A stretch of DNA of 64,000 nt, taken from the NCBI GenBank assembly GCA_051894075.1, contig JBJFHZ010000103.1, forward strand, positions 9,549 to 73,548, read 5' to 3'. Under the pieces are notes generated by a model that worked only from the letters and a program-made list of their open reading frames with translations, was not told where the DNA came from and searched no databases. Of the stretch, positions 38,638-48,372 are shown one piece after another. Within the stretch, counting starts at the first letter, position 1; each line of letters opens with the position of its first letter. This stretch comes from Eubacterium sp. (lineage in GTDB: Bacteria > Bacillota > Clostridia > Oscillospirales > Acutalibacteraceae). The translations under genes were made by a program, and so were the position numbers.

Positions 38638-40701
38638 ATTGTTCATTAGCTTTGCTACTATTACCGACATATCATCACGGTGGCGTTCATCGGAATTTTT
38701 AACGGCAAAGTCAAGTATTGCCTTTGCCTTATCATTTGGATTGTCGCTTTCGTCATATCTCAAAAACTGTTCAAGCCACTCTCCGCCTATATCAGTTATC
38801 CCGTCGGACATCATAATAATTTCGTCACCTACCGAAAGAATGGTTGTTCGCTTTGCAAACTCAATACCTCTGAGTATTCCTGCAGGCATTGAAGAAAGCT
38901 CACATTTTGTAAGACTGTTTCGCTTCATAATATATGACGCAGGCGCTCCCGCCTTGAAAAATTCGCATTTCCCCGTGAACAAATCAATGCTGGCACAGTC
39001 AAGAGTGGCAAGGCTTTCTTCACTGCTTTTTACAAGCAGGGCACTGTTTACAACCTTTAAAGAGGAATCAAAGCCAAAGCCGGCGCTTAAAAGCTTTGAC
39101 AGCAGTCCTGCTCCCATTGCTCCGTCAAGGGCAGCTCTGCTTCCCTTTCCCATACCGTCGCTGATAATCAGTATCATATGCCCTCGGGAATCGTTGATAG
39201 TCTTAATCGTGTCGCCGCATAAATTACCCTCGGCACAGTATTGTGCAAAGCCGATGCTCATTTTATAATTTGCCTTTTCAATAATTGAAAGCATTTGTCC
39301 TGCCGAGGAAACGCTTATTCTTCCTCTTTCAAATTCACGCTTACAGATTTTTGATATTTCATTTCGTATTCGGGGATTTTCAAGTCCTTTTGTTTCCTTA
39401 GGTGCAAGAATTTCAATTCTGAGCCTGTCAAATCTGTCCGCAATAACGGAAATATTTTCGGGATAAATATCATATTCACCAAGCATACGTCTTATTCTGC
39501 CTGCTGATTTAAAGTCAAAGCTTTCCGCCTCGTCAAATTCAAAGGCAAGGTCCTCCAGCATATCGGATATTGAGAAAAACTGGTCTGCCGCCACCATTCT
39601 AAGCTCGCTTTCCATAGGCTCTCCCCGACCGAGCATATTGATTTTTTCTCTGACATCTCTTACGCTTTCGCTTACCTGAGCCAGCGCCGAGGATGCAAAA
39701 CGAAGCCTTACAACAAGGCTTTGTCGCAAGCTTCCCTCGGGTGCAATATCTGCGCCGTTTTCCCATACCTGCGACATTTTTTCGGTTACTGCTTCGGGAA
39801 GCAGGGTTAATATTACAGACGCAATAAGGCTTTCAATAACACAGCAAACGGAAAAGGTGCCCATATTTGCCGCCACGGCAAAAAAAGCCATTGATAGTGT
39901 AAAGCTAAAGCCTATTCCAAGACTTGAAAGGGTTGTAAACAGACTGCCGACCAAAGCAGAAAAAGCATATGCGCCAAGAAGAAACAGACTGTTTTCTCTG
40001 CTTATTCCAAGGGAAAAGCCAAGGCAAAGGGAAACAATCATACCCCACCGTTGAGAGCCGAAACGAACTGATGACAAAATGATTAAAACTGCTAATATTC
40101 TTGCAGGAGAAACGCTCTTTATTTCAATAAAGGACAGCCCTGACAAAAGAAGTGACGCAGAGACCATAACGCATGTCAAATCAGTAACAGGCAAAGCCTT
40201 GAATTTCAACCGTTTCAAGCTGCAATTTACTGCTCTGAAGAAAAAGAAGCTTCCGCCCATTGCAAGTATGGCTTCCCCTAGCGTCAGCGCATAGTCTCCT
40301 GCTCCTGCACCGCTTTTAATGTCCATAACAAAGCCGGTAGAAAGCACAGAAAGAAAGGAAATAATCATCGGTAAAAATGCTTCTTTCTTCCCTTTAAACA
40401 TATTCAGCGCAAAGGTACCCAAGGCTGAAATTAAAACTGCGCTGAAATATCTTATTGCATTTTCGGGGGAGCAGAAAAGTATGTATCCCAAGCCTGCTCC
40501 TACGGCAGAAAACAAAAAGTTTTTCCTGCTTGAAACCGTTATCAGCGAAATGGCAAAAGGACAGCACCCGCCGATTACAGACGAAAAGCTCATTGCAAAG
40601 GATACCGCCAGCCATATAATTCTCTGTACCCATACATTTATTTGATTATCGTTTTTAACTTTTTTGATTTTAATTCTTTCCGATATTTTCATTATATACA
40701 C
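38635..40701 (-). CDS. spoIIE: Stage II sporulation protein E (PP2C phosphatase)
   Basis: About 10 N-terminal TMs; CGD, ISDGMG.G..A, ATLD...IDL, K.GA..S, SDG, DDMSV. Confidence 0.9.
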   Translation of the reverse strand: MYIMKISERIKIKKVKNDNQINVWVQRIIWLAVSFAMSFSSVIGGCCPFAISLITVSSRKNFLFSAVGAGLGYILFCSPENAIRYFSAVLISALGTFALNMFKGKKEAFLPMIISFLSVLSTGFVMDIKSGAGAGDYALTLGEAILAMGGSFFFFRAVNCSLKRLKFKALPVTDLTCVMVSASLLLSGLSFIEIKSVSPARILAVLIILSSVRFGSQRWGMIVSLCLGFSLGISRENSLFLLGAYAFSALVGSLFTTLSSLGIGFSFTLSMAFFAVAANMGTFSVCCVIESLIASVILTLLPEAVTEKMSQVWENGADIAPEGSLRQSLVVRLRFASSALAQVSESVRDVREKINMLGRGEPMESELRMVAADQFFSISDMLEDLAFEFDEAESFDFKSAGRIRRMLGEYDIYPENISVIADRFDRLRIEILAPKETKGLENPRIRNEISKICKREFERGRISVSSAGQMLSIIEKANYKMSIGFAQYCAEGNLCGDTIKTINDSRGHMILIISDGMGKGSRAALDGAMGAGLLSKLLSAGFGFDSSLKVVNSALLVKSSEESLATLDCASIDLFTGKCEFFKAGAPASYIMKRNSLTKCELSSMPAGILRGIEFAKRTTILSVGDEIIMMSDGITDIGGEWLEQFLRYDESDNPNDKAKAILDFAVKNSDERHRDDMSVIVAKLMNN

Positions 40702-40827
40702 GTCCCGAGTGTATTATATATGCGCAGTAATGAAAAAAATGTAAAATAAAATCACAACAAAATTTTATATTAAATAATAATTAATATTAAAAAAATTTTT
40801 TTCATATGATTTAGCAGGTTGAACCTG

Positions 40828-41279
40828 TAAATTCGGGTTTATCGAACCGAATTGAGCCTCCCCTGTGTAAGGGGAGGTGGGTTGCCGTAAGGCAACTCGG
40901 AGGGGTTGTAACAATCCCTCAGTCTGCGAACAAAGTTCGCATCCAGCGGCTACGCTACCCCTTTGTCTGCTTCGCAGACATTTCCCCTGACAGGGGAATC
41001 TCTTTAACAAGGGAGCCAAATAGGTTTGATGATTTTATCTCGATAAAACCTAATTTTACCTGTCTAAATGTAAGAAACTTTCGTAGGGGCGTGCATTGCA
41101 CGCCCGAATATATGCGGGCGACCAATGGTCGCCCCTACGGTTGATTTGTAATAACGATGTTGTTTGTTTTTGTAGGGGAGGGGTTCCATCCCCTCCCGCA
41201 AAATTAAATTTTCGGGCAGGCACAGAGACCTGCCCCTACGAAAGTTTGTTACAGTAACACCCCGATAAACCCGAATCTT
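40828..41279. repeat. Composite REP-like mosaic element, copy 3
   Basis: CTCCCC/GGGGAG palindromic module with nested insert (40948-41000), internal terminal motif at 41041, two GTAG pairs (41083-41138, 41172-41239); ends TAAATTCGGGTTTATCG and CGATAAACCCGAATCTT. Confidence 0.85.
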
Positions 41280-41302
41280 TCACAATAAGGATATGAAATA
41301 TT

Positions 41303-42328
41303 ATGAAAATCAAAGACTGTTTTCTTCTTGTATTTCTCCTGCTGTTTGCAGGAGCTTTAATAATTTTTTCCGCTGATGCAAAGCAGGGTGCACTTAACGG
41401 ACTGATTCTTTCTCAAAATACTATTATACCAAGCCTTACACCTTTGCTGATAATCTTTCTTATAATAATGAAAACCGGAGCAAAGGACGTTTTATCCAAA
41501 TGCTTCGGTTTTATTTCTCACTATATTTTCAACCTGCCGTATGTTACATTCCCTGCCATATTTTTAGGTCTTTTGGGAGGATATCCTACAGGGGCATTAT
41601 TAACAAGAGAACTTCTTGCAAGTGGTGAAATTGACCAAAATCAAGCAAAAAGAATGCTCCGCTTTAATTTCTGCGGCGGTGCAGGCTTTATTATTACAGC
41701 CGTAGGCACTGCCGTTATGCAAAATACAAAGGCAGGAATTATTCTTTTTCTTTCAAATGTTCTTGCCTCTGCAATTGTAGGCTTTGCCCTTTCCTTCACA
41801 CAAAAAAGAACAAGTGAAAAATTTTATTCTTTTACAGAAAATGAGGATTTCGGTGACGCTCTTTCAGACGCAACAGCGTCGGCAGTAAGCTCTGTTTTAA
41901 ATATAACGGCTTTCATAATTTTATTTTCCGCCCTTTCGCAGATCATTACTGTTGACAGCCGTTTTATACCCTTGATTGAAATTACAAACGGCGTTTGTTC
42001 AAAAAATAATTTTTCCCTGCCTGAAATAAGCGCCTATCTTGCTTTCGGCGGAATTTGCATACACTTCCAGCTTTTAGGCATTATAAAAAAGGTTGGTATG
42101 AGGCTATGGGATTTTTTCATTTTCAGAATTATAGGTGCGGTGCTTTCCTACATCATATGCAAAATAATTCTGATGATTTTTCCCGTAGATGTAGCTGTAT
42201 TTAAAAATAGTGCAATACCCGTGGAATTCTCCAGCGTAAATATTGCACTATCTGTAATTATGATTTTAGGCTGTTTTGTAATTATACTTGATATTAACTC
42301 AAAAAGAGGCAGACATTATTCAAATTAG
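41303..42328 (+). CDS. ylbJ: Sporulation integral membrane protein YlbJ-like
   Basis: GL......IIPSL.P, G..GGYP.GA, L...G.I...QA.R, EITNG, FGG.CIH.Q. Confidence 0.85.
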   Translation: MKIKDCFLLVFLLLFAGALIIFSADAKQGALNGLILSQNTIIPSLTPLLIIFLIIMKTGAKDVLSKCFGFISHYIFNLPYVTFPAIFLGLLGGYPTGALLTRELLASGEIDQNQAKRMLRFNFCGGAGFIITAVGTAVMQNTKAGIILFLSNVLASAIVGFALSFTQKRTSEKFYSFTENEDFGDALSDATASAVSSVLNITAFIILFSALSQIITVDSRFIPLIEITNGVCSKNNFSLPEISAYLAFGGICIHFQLLGIIKKVGMRLWDFFIFRIIGAVLSYIICKIILMIFPVDVAVFKNSAIPVEFSSVNIALSVIMILGCFVIILDINSKRGRHYSN

Positions 42329-42663
42329 GGTTTGTCGGGATGTATTTGTAGCAAATTTATGGCTCCCTTGTGTAAAGGGAGCTGTCTGCGTTAGCAGACT
42401 GAGGGATTGTTACAACCCCTCCGAGTTGCCTTACGGCAACCCACCTCCCCTTACACAGGGGAGGCTCAATTCGGTTCGACAAATCATAATTTCGGGCAGG
42501 CACAGAGACCTGCCCCCACGAAAGTTTATTTCCTTTAGACCGGTAAAATTAGTGGATTTTTTCGTTAGGCAAGGCTTTCACTGTGATGCTGTACTTTGTG
42601 TACTGCGAACAGTGAATAACACAGCATAACGGAAAAAGGCACAATTTGACAAATACTAATTTA
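42321..42663. repeat. Composite REP-like mosaic element, copy 4
   Basis: Inverted copy of the CTCCCC module (42361-42479), a half GTAG-REP, and the 130-bp module; ends CAAATTAGGGTTTGTCG and TGACAAATACTAATTTA. Confidence 0.85.
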
Positions 42664-45099
42664 ACTCTGCTTTGTTTTAAGAGTAACAATCATATTAAGA
42701 ACATTTTTTGCAGTTCTCTGCAATTCGGCAACGGTCAGACCGTTTCTTGTTCCCACAGTTTCAAGAAGCGACGGGTCAACCTTATATTTTGTATCTGTCC
42801 TTTTTATACCACCGGGCATAAGAACATCAACCTGAGAACGTACTCTGTAGGCATTGTCACGGAGATTCGGAAATTCGGGACTCTTTGATTTTCTCATCCA
42901 CCAGTCTGTCATAACACAGCCTGTAAAGCCCCATTCCTTTCTGAGAACAGTTGTTACAAGGTCGTAATTATAATGGCTCCAAACACCGTTTATCTTATTA
43001 TAGCTTGTCATAATATTAAGAGGCTTGCTTTCCTTTACACAGATTTCAAAGCCCTTTAAATAAATTTCTCTCAAGGCTCTTTGAGATACACGGGAGTCAT
43101 TCTTTGTCCTGTTTACCTCCTGATTATTGCAGGCAAAATGCTTTGGACAGGCGGAACCGCCGTAGGTCTGAATACCTTTTACAAATGCCGACGCCATTTT
43201 TCCGGTAAGAATAGGATCCTCGGAGAAATATTCAAAGTTTCTACCGCAGAGGACATTTCTGTGAATATTCATTCCGGGAGCCAAAAGCACATCCGATTTT
43301 CTTTCCTTAAGCTCTCTGCCCATTTCCTTTGTCAGCTCAAATACAAGCTCGGTATTCCAGGTTGAAGCAAGCGCAGTTCCGCAGGGAATCAGTGAGGTGT
43401 ACTGCTTAATTCTAATTCCTGCAGGACCGTCGGTAGTTATAACCGCAGAAACGCCCTTGTCTCTCAAGGACTGAATTGTTCCGCCAAAGGCACCTGCATT
43501 TCCCTCAACTCCCTGCTCGCTGTTCATATATCCCTGACCTCTTGTAAGAGCCTCAAGCTCCTCATTACTAAGGCAGGAAATAAAATCATCAACGGTAATT
43601 TCACCTGACAAAACCTGTGAAAAATTATAATTATTATTGCTGTGGGGAATTTCAGCAGGCATATTATTCTCAATTCTCTTTTTAAGATACGGCCGAGATA
43701 CCTCAACAGCCTCTTTTTTAACAGCAAATCTGTCAAGAACGTTGTCGGTTTTTATCCTGTTAAACGGCTCTTTAACTCCGCAGATTTCATCAAGAGTTTC
43801 AAGAACCTTGTCATTTCCAAGTGTGAAGCTTCCTGCTTCAATGGTATCTCTTACATTCTTTCCTGCGAAGAACTTATATTCACCCTTTTCAAGAACATAT
43901 GAAAATTTATTGCCAGTAGCGCCTGTATCGTCAAAGGACGCAAGATAATAAACAGGAACGGTCAGATTTATTTCTTGGCTTTCCTCAGGCTCAAGCTCCC
44001 TTGTTTTTTCAAAGGCAACAAGGTTCATCGAAGGCTTTGAAAGCTTACCCTCAGGCGGACAGAAATAAAGCTGTAAAACCTCTTTACCGCTTCTTTTTCC
44101 CACATTTTTTATTTGGGCGGTAATATTCACATTTTCTCCGTTAAATTTGAAATCATCAATTTTTATATCAAAATCGGTGTAGCTTAAGCCGTAGCCAAAG
44201 GGATATATAACAGGGGTCTTATTGAAGGTTTCAAAATATCTGTAGCCAACAAAAATATCCTCAGAATAGTTATTGTAATCATTATTGCCGAAGGAATGTG
44301 CGCTTGGATAATCCTCATAGCTCATTGCTATTGAATCAGTCAGTCTGCCTGACGGATTAATTTTACCGTAAAGAATGTCGGCAACTGCATTACCGCTTTC
44401 CATTCCGCCCTGCCAAGCGTAAACTATAGCAGAGATTTTGTCGTTATATCGTTCTCTCCAGCTCATATCAATCACATTTCCGCAGTCAAGCACAACGGTA
44501 ACATTATCAAACCATAGGGTAACAGTATCAAGGAGCTTAATTTCCTCATCGTTTAAGTAATAGCTTCCCTTCACAAGCTTATTTTCTCTGTCCTCACCTG
44601 CTGCTCTGCCGATGACTACAAGCGCCGCATTGCTTTCCTGTGCGGCGGCTTTTACTGTGCTTTCATCAACTACAGCCTCGTCATAGCACATAGGCCAGTG
44701 TCCCCAAAAGCCGTGGATAACAGGGTTTTCCTTACACCAGCTTTCATAAAAGCCCAAAAGCCCCTTGTTTAAATCGGCGCCGTTATTTTTCAAGCCGTCA
44801 ATAAGGTTGACTGTATAGGGTGCATTAACATCACCGCCACTGCCGTAGCCTACGTAAAAATAGTCAAGCTGACATCTGCCGAATACTGCCAGTCGAGTAT
44901 TCTCATTATAAGGCAATGTATTATTTATGTTTTTCAGCAAAACAATACCCTCTGCTCCTGCCTGTCTTACAAGCTCGGGCATATTGCCGAAGGGCTTCCT
45001 TTTACCTTCGGCTGTATTTTCCTTTTGGGAAACTCCGCCGCCTGAAAATTTTTGAGACATAACCTGAACGACCTTATCAATCCTGTTTTTAAGCTTCAT
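42661..45099 (-). CDS. Beta-glucosidase (GH3), permuted domain order
   Basis: EGIVLLKN...LP at the N-terminus, YPFGYGLSYT, then DGPAGIR, GRNFEYFSEDP, KHFACN, MTDW near the C-terminus; start MKLKNR. Confidence 0.92.
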   Translation of the reverse strand: MKLKNRIDKVVQVMSQKFSGGGVSQKENTAEGKRKPFGNMPELVRQAGAEGIVLLKNINNTLPYNENTRLAVFGRCQLDYFYVGYGSGGDVNAPYTVNLIDGLKNNGADLNKGLLGFYESWCKENPVIHGFWGHWPMCYDEAVVDESTVKAAAQESNAALVVIGRAAGEDRENKLVKGSYYLNDEEIKLLDTVTLWFDNVTVVLDCGNVIDMSWRERYNDKISAIVYAWQGGMESGNAVADILYGKINPSGRLTDSIAMSYEDYPSAHSFGNNDYNNYSEDIFVGYRYFETFNKTPVIYPFGYGLSYTDFDIKIDDFKFNGENVNITAQIKNVGKRSGKEVLQLYFCPPEGKLSKPSMNLVAFEKTRELEPEESQEINLTVPVYYLASFDDTGATGNKFSYVLEKGEYKFFAGKNVRDTIEAGSFTLGNDKVLETLDEICGVKEPFNRIKTDNVLDRFAVKKEAVEVSRPYLKKRIENNMPAEIPHSNNNYNFSQVLSGEITVDDFISCLSNEELEALTRGQGYMNSEQGVEGNAGAFGGTIQSLRDKGVSAVITTDGPAGIRIKQYTSLIPCGTALASTWNTELVFELTKEMGRELKERKSDVLLAPGMNIHRNVLCGRNFEYFSEDPILTGKMASAFVKGIQTYGGSACPKHFACNNQEVNRTKNDSRVSQRALREIYLKGFEICVKESKPLNIMTSYNKINGVWSHYNYDLVTTVLRKEWGFTGCVMTDWWMRKSKSPEFPNLRDNAYRVRSQVDVLMPGGIKRTDTKYKVDPSLLETVGTRNGLTVAELQRTAKNVLNMIVTLKTKQS

Positions 45100-45217
45100 A
45101 GTACTACCCCTTAATTTTATTACATTAAAATAAGTATAACACATTAGTAAAATTTAATCTATAAAAATTGACCTTTTTAAAAAAATATTGTATATTTAAT
45201 ACAAGGGAGTGAAATTT

Positions 45218-45964
45218 ATGAAAGAAAAAACCGACAAAGGAAAGCTTTACTGTCTGATTTCAGCAGTAATCATAATCGGCTGTTATGCTGTTCAAAAGCT
45301 TACGGCACTTGCATTTCCTGCAAGCAGAAGCCTTGCCATTATTGAAGCAATGGTATTCAGCCTTTTTGTTGCAGTTGTGTATTTTCTTGTGACAAAATCC
45401 AAGGAGTCATTTTACGGAATACTGATTTCCATTTTAGGCTTTAAAATGATGCCGCCTGCCGTAGCATCTTTAAAGGCACTTTCTTCCGGTGCGGACATTG
45501 TCTACTATATAGTAACAAAAGCGGCAATTGTAATTTTTGCTTTTGCAATTATCAAGCTTTTCAAGGAACAAAAATATGAGCAGAAAATTAAAGCTCTGCC
45601 CATACTGTTTTTAATTGTTGCCGTTCCGTTTACAAATGAAATTGCATCAACACTTTCCGCTTTCGTAAACGGTTATGCAAACGGAAATAAAATCTATGAA
45701 TATTTTATCCGCTTTGCATTTTATTCTATGGCAATGCTCGTAACTCTTTTTTATGCATCTAAAAGCAATAAAATCAATTCAAAGCTTTTATGCGATTACA
45801 CCATAATCGCTCTTTTGGTAAACCTTGCAAGAAGAATCAGCGTTATTGTGATTTATTCAATACAGGGCTTTCATATCAGCAAAAGCTATTTCTGTTGGTT
45901 GGCAATTTACATATTCTTTATTGCGGCATTTTCAGTTCTCAAATCAAAAAAATTAAAAGCTTAA
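45218..45964 (+). CDS. Hypothetical integral membrane protein
   Basis: About 8 TM helices; RBS GGGAG. Confidence 0.7.
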   Translation: MKEKTDKGKLYCLISAVIIIGCYAVQKLTALAFPASRSLAIIEAMVFSLFVAVVYFLVTKSKESFYGILISILGFKMMPPAVASLKALSSGADIVYYIVTKAAIVIFAFAIIKLFKEQKYEQKIKALPILFLIVAVPFTNEIASTLSAFVNGYANGNKIYEYFIRFAFYSMAMLVTLFYASKSNKINSKLLCDYTIIALLVNLARRISVIVIYSIQGFHISKSYFCWLAIYIFFIAAFSVLKSKKLKA

Positions 45965-45984
45965 AAATTGATATAAAAAATATT

Positions 45985-46022
45985 ACAGCCGAAGAAACAT
46001 TTTGTTTCTTCGGCTGTTTTTT
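45985..46022. terminator. Bidirectional intrinsic terminator
   Basis: ACAGCCGAAGAAACA/TGTTTCTTCGGCTGT plus T tract between convergent genes. Confidence 0.85.
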
Positions 46023-46033
46023 CTGTAGCCTTA

Positions 46034-47206
46034 TTAAATTCTTGCTACGCCGTCTTTTACCGCCGCATCTGCAACTGCCTTTGCAACAGTATCCTTAATA
46101 CGTGGGTCAAAGGCATATGGAAGAATATAATCCTCATTAAGCTTGTCGTCATCAACAAGTGATGCTATAGCGTAAGCCGCCGCAATTTTCATATTCTCTG
46201 TAATAGCACTTGCTCTAACATCTAATGCACCACGGAAAATACCGGGGAATGCAACAACATTGTTAATCTGGTTCGGGAAATCGGAACGTCCTGTACCGAC
46301 AATTCTTGCTCCTGCCTCTTTAGCCTTATCCGGCATAATCTCGGGAACAGGATTTGCCATTGCAAGAACGATTGGGTCGTCATTCATTGTCTTAATCATT
46401 TCTTCTGTAAGTACACCGGGGGCAGAAACGCCGATAAATATGTCAGTAGCCTTAACTGCTTCTGCAAGAGAGCCCTTAGTCATTTCTCTGTTAGTTACCC
46501 TTGCGATAGCCTCTTTTGACGGGTTAAGCTTTTCTCTGCCCTCATAGATTGCACCTGTTCTGTCGCAGAGAATAACGTCACGAAGTCCTAAGGTCATAAG
46601 GAGCTTTGCAATAGCAATACCTGCGGCACCTGAGCCGTTGATAACTGCCTTGCAGTCTGACAGGGATTTGCCTGTAATTTTTGTAGCGTTAATAAGTGCC
46701 GCCGAAACTACAACAGCAGTACCGTGCTGGTCGTCGTGGAAAATAGGAATGTCACATCTTTCCTTAAGTTTTTCCTCAATTTCAAAGCATCTCGGAGCGG
46801 CAATATCCTCAAGATTGATACCGCCGAAGGAGCCGCTGATGTTGTAAACCGTTTCAACAAATTCATCAACATTCTTTGTACGTACGCAAAGTGGGAAAGC
46901 GTCAACGCCTCCGAACTCCTTAAAGAGCACGCATTTACCCTCCATAACAGGCATACCTGCCTCAGGTCCGATATCGCCTAGGCCTAAAACTGCGGTACCG
47001 TCTGTGATAACGGCAACCATATTCCAGCGTCTTGTAAGCTCCCAGCTTTTATTATAATCCTTCTGAATTTCAAGGCAGGGCTCTGCAACACCGGGGGTGT
47101 AAGCAAGAGAAAGGGAGTCCTTGTCACCAACCTTTGCCCTTGCAGTTACCTCAATTTTGCCCTTCCATTCTCCGTGAAGTCTTAATGATTCTTTACGATA
47201 ATCCAT
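46034..47206 (-). CDS. NAD(P)-dependent malic enzyme
   Basis: YTPGVA.PC, DGTAVLGLGDIG, INLEDI.AP.CF, FHDDQHGTA, G.GAAG, TGRSDFPNQINN. Confidence 0.95.
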   Translation of the reverse strand: MDYRKESLRLHGEWKGKIEVTARAKVGDKDSLSLAYTPGVAEPCLEIQKDYNKSWELTRRWNMVAVITDGTAVLGLGDIGPEAGMPVMEGKCVLFKEFGGVDAFPLCVRTKNVDEFVETVYNISGSFGGINLEDIAAPRCFEIEEKLKERCDIPIFHDDQHGTAVVVSAALINATKITGKSLSDCKAVINGSGAAGIAIAKLLMTLGLRDVILCDRTGAIYEGREKLNPSKEAIARVTNREMTKGSLAEAVKATDIFIGVSAPGVLTEEMIKTMNDDPIVLAMANPVPEIMPDKAKEAGARIVGTGRSDFPNQINNVVAFPGIFRGALDVRASAITENMKIAAAYAIASLVDDDKLNEDYILPYAFDPRIKDTVAKAVADAAVKDGVARI

Positions 47207-47242
47207 CTATATTTACCTCTGTAGCTTGTAGTTTTTATTTTA

Positions 47243-48352
47243 TCAGTCCCAAGGGAACCTGTACTGAGTAAGTCCCAGCTCGTCACGAACCTGTGTCATT
47301 TCCTTTTGAACAGACTCGTTAATAGGAACACCGCTGTCCTTTCTCTCCTGCCATACAAGCCATTCCTTTTCACCTGCGGAATAAATCTTGTCACAGCCGG
47401 GAGCCTTTCTTGAAGCACGAACAGAACGGATAATCTCTCCTGCCTTCTTTCTTGTGATATCTTCACCGAGGAAGTGGTTTGTATCAATTGCGATGAAGAA
47501 ATGACCGAGATGATAAGGAGCAAGATTTCCGTTTTCATCCTTGCCGTTAAGAGCTTTACCGTAGTTACCGTCCTGAAGAATAGCAGAAAGAAGCTCGATT
47601 ACCATTGCGTAGCCGTAGCCCTTATATCCGCCGAGAGCCTCACCGATACCGCCGAGAGTAGTCAAAGCAGCCTCACCGTTTCTGATTTTCTTAAGAGCAA
47701 CACCTGCGTCACCCTCAATACCCTTACCGTCAAGACCGATAACCGTACCTGGATGGACATCCTCTCCGATTCTTTCGTAATATTCAATCTTACCGTTTTG
47801 AGTTATTGAAGTAGCGCAGTCGATTACAAAATCAAAATCCTCATCGGTAGGAATACCGATTGTAAGAGGATTTGTACCGAACATACCCTCAACACCGAAG
47901 GTAGGAGCAACAGATGGACGGGCGTTAGTACCTGTCATACCGATACAGCCCTGCTTTGTTGCCATAGTAGCATAATAGCCTGCAATACCGTAGTGGCAGG
48001 AGTTACGAACTGCAACCATACCCATACCGTATTGCTTTGCCTTATCAATAGCCATCTGCATTGACTTATAGCCGATAACCTGACCCATTCCGTCGTGACC
48101 GTCGATAACGGCGGTGGTAGGTGTTTCCTTAACAATTTCAAAATTTGTTACAGGGTTCTGAATACCTGCCTTGATTCTGTCAAGGTAGATTGGCTTAAAT
48201 CTGTTACAGCCGTGGCTTTCAATACCTCTTCTGTCAGATTCGAGCAGAACATCTGTACAAATCTTTGCGTCCTCCTCTGGAATACCGTAGCCGATAAAAG
48301 CATCTGTGATGAAATTAATCAGCGTATCCCAAGGACATACCATTTTTCCCAT
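47243..48352 (-). CDS. Ldh_2 family oxidoreductase (probable malate dehydrogenase)
   Basis: D.RGI.SHG, DG..G.G, NS.HYG.AGYY, GTNP, D.ATS, GYKGYG. Confidence 0.88.
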   Translation of the reverse strand: MGKMVCPWDTLINFITDAFIGYGIPEEDAKICTDVLLESDRRGIESHGCNRFKPIYLDRIKAGIQNPVTNFEIVKETPTTAVIDGHDGMGQVIGYKSMQMAIDKAKQYGMGMVAVRNSCHYGIAGYYATMATKQGCIGMTGTNARPSVAPTFGVEGMFGTNPLTIGIPTDEDFDFVIDCATSITQNGKIEYYERIGEDVHPGTVIGLDGKGIEGDAGVALKKIRNGEAALTTLGGIGEALGGYKGYGYAMVIELLSAILQDGNYGKALNGKDENGNLAPYHLGHFFIAIDTNHFLGEDITRKKAGEIIRSVRASRKAPGCDKIYSAGEKEWLVWQERKDSGVPINESVQKEMTQVRDELGLTQYRFPWD

Positions 48353-48372
48353 AGTGTTTATCTCCTTTGCTA

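Noticed and set aside
40765-41019. 84-aa ORF (also 42288-42629 and 52756-52971)
   Set aside because: They lie over the repeat mosaics; shared peptides just reflect repeat DNA
40828-41279. Clustered palindromes as a CRISPR array
   Set aside because: Repeats alternate in orientation, differ in stem sequence, have reused rather than unique spacers, and no cas genes are present; they fit REP-type elements
42661-45099. Swapped GH3 domain order as a novelty
   Set aside because: This arrangement is already known in GH3 beta-glucosidases of rumen and gut Firmicutes
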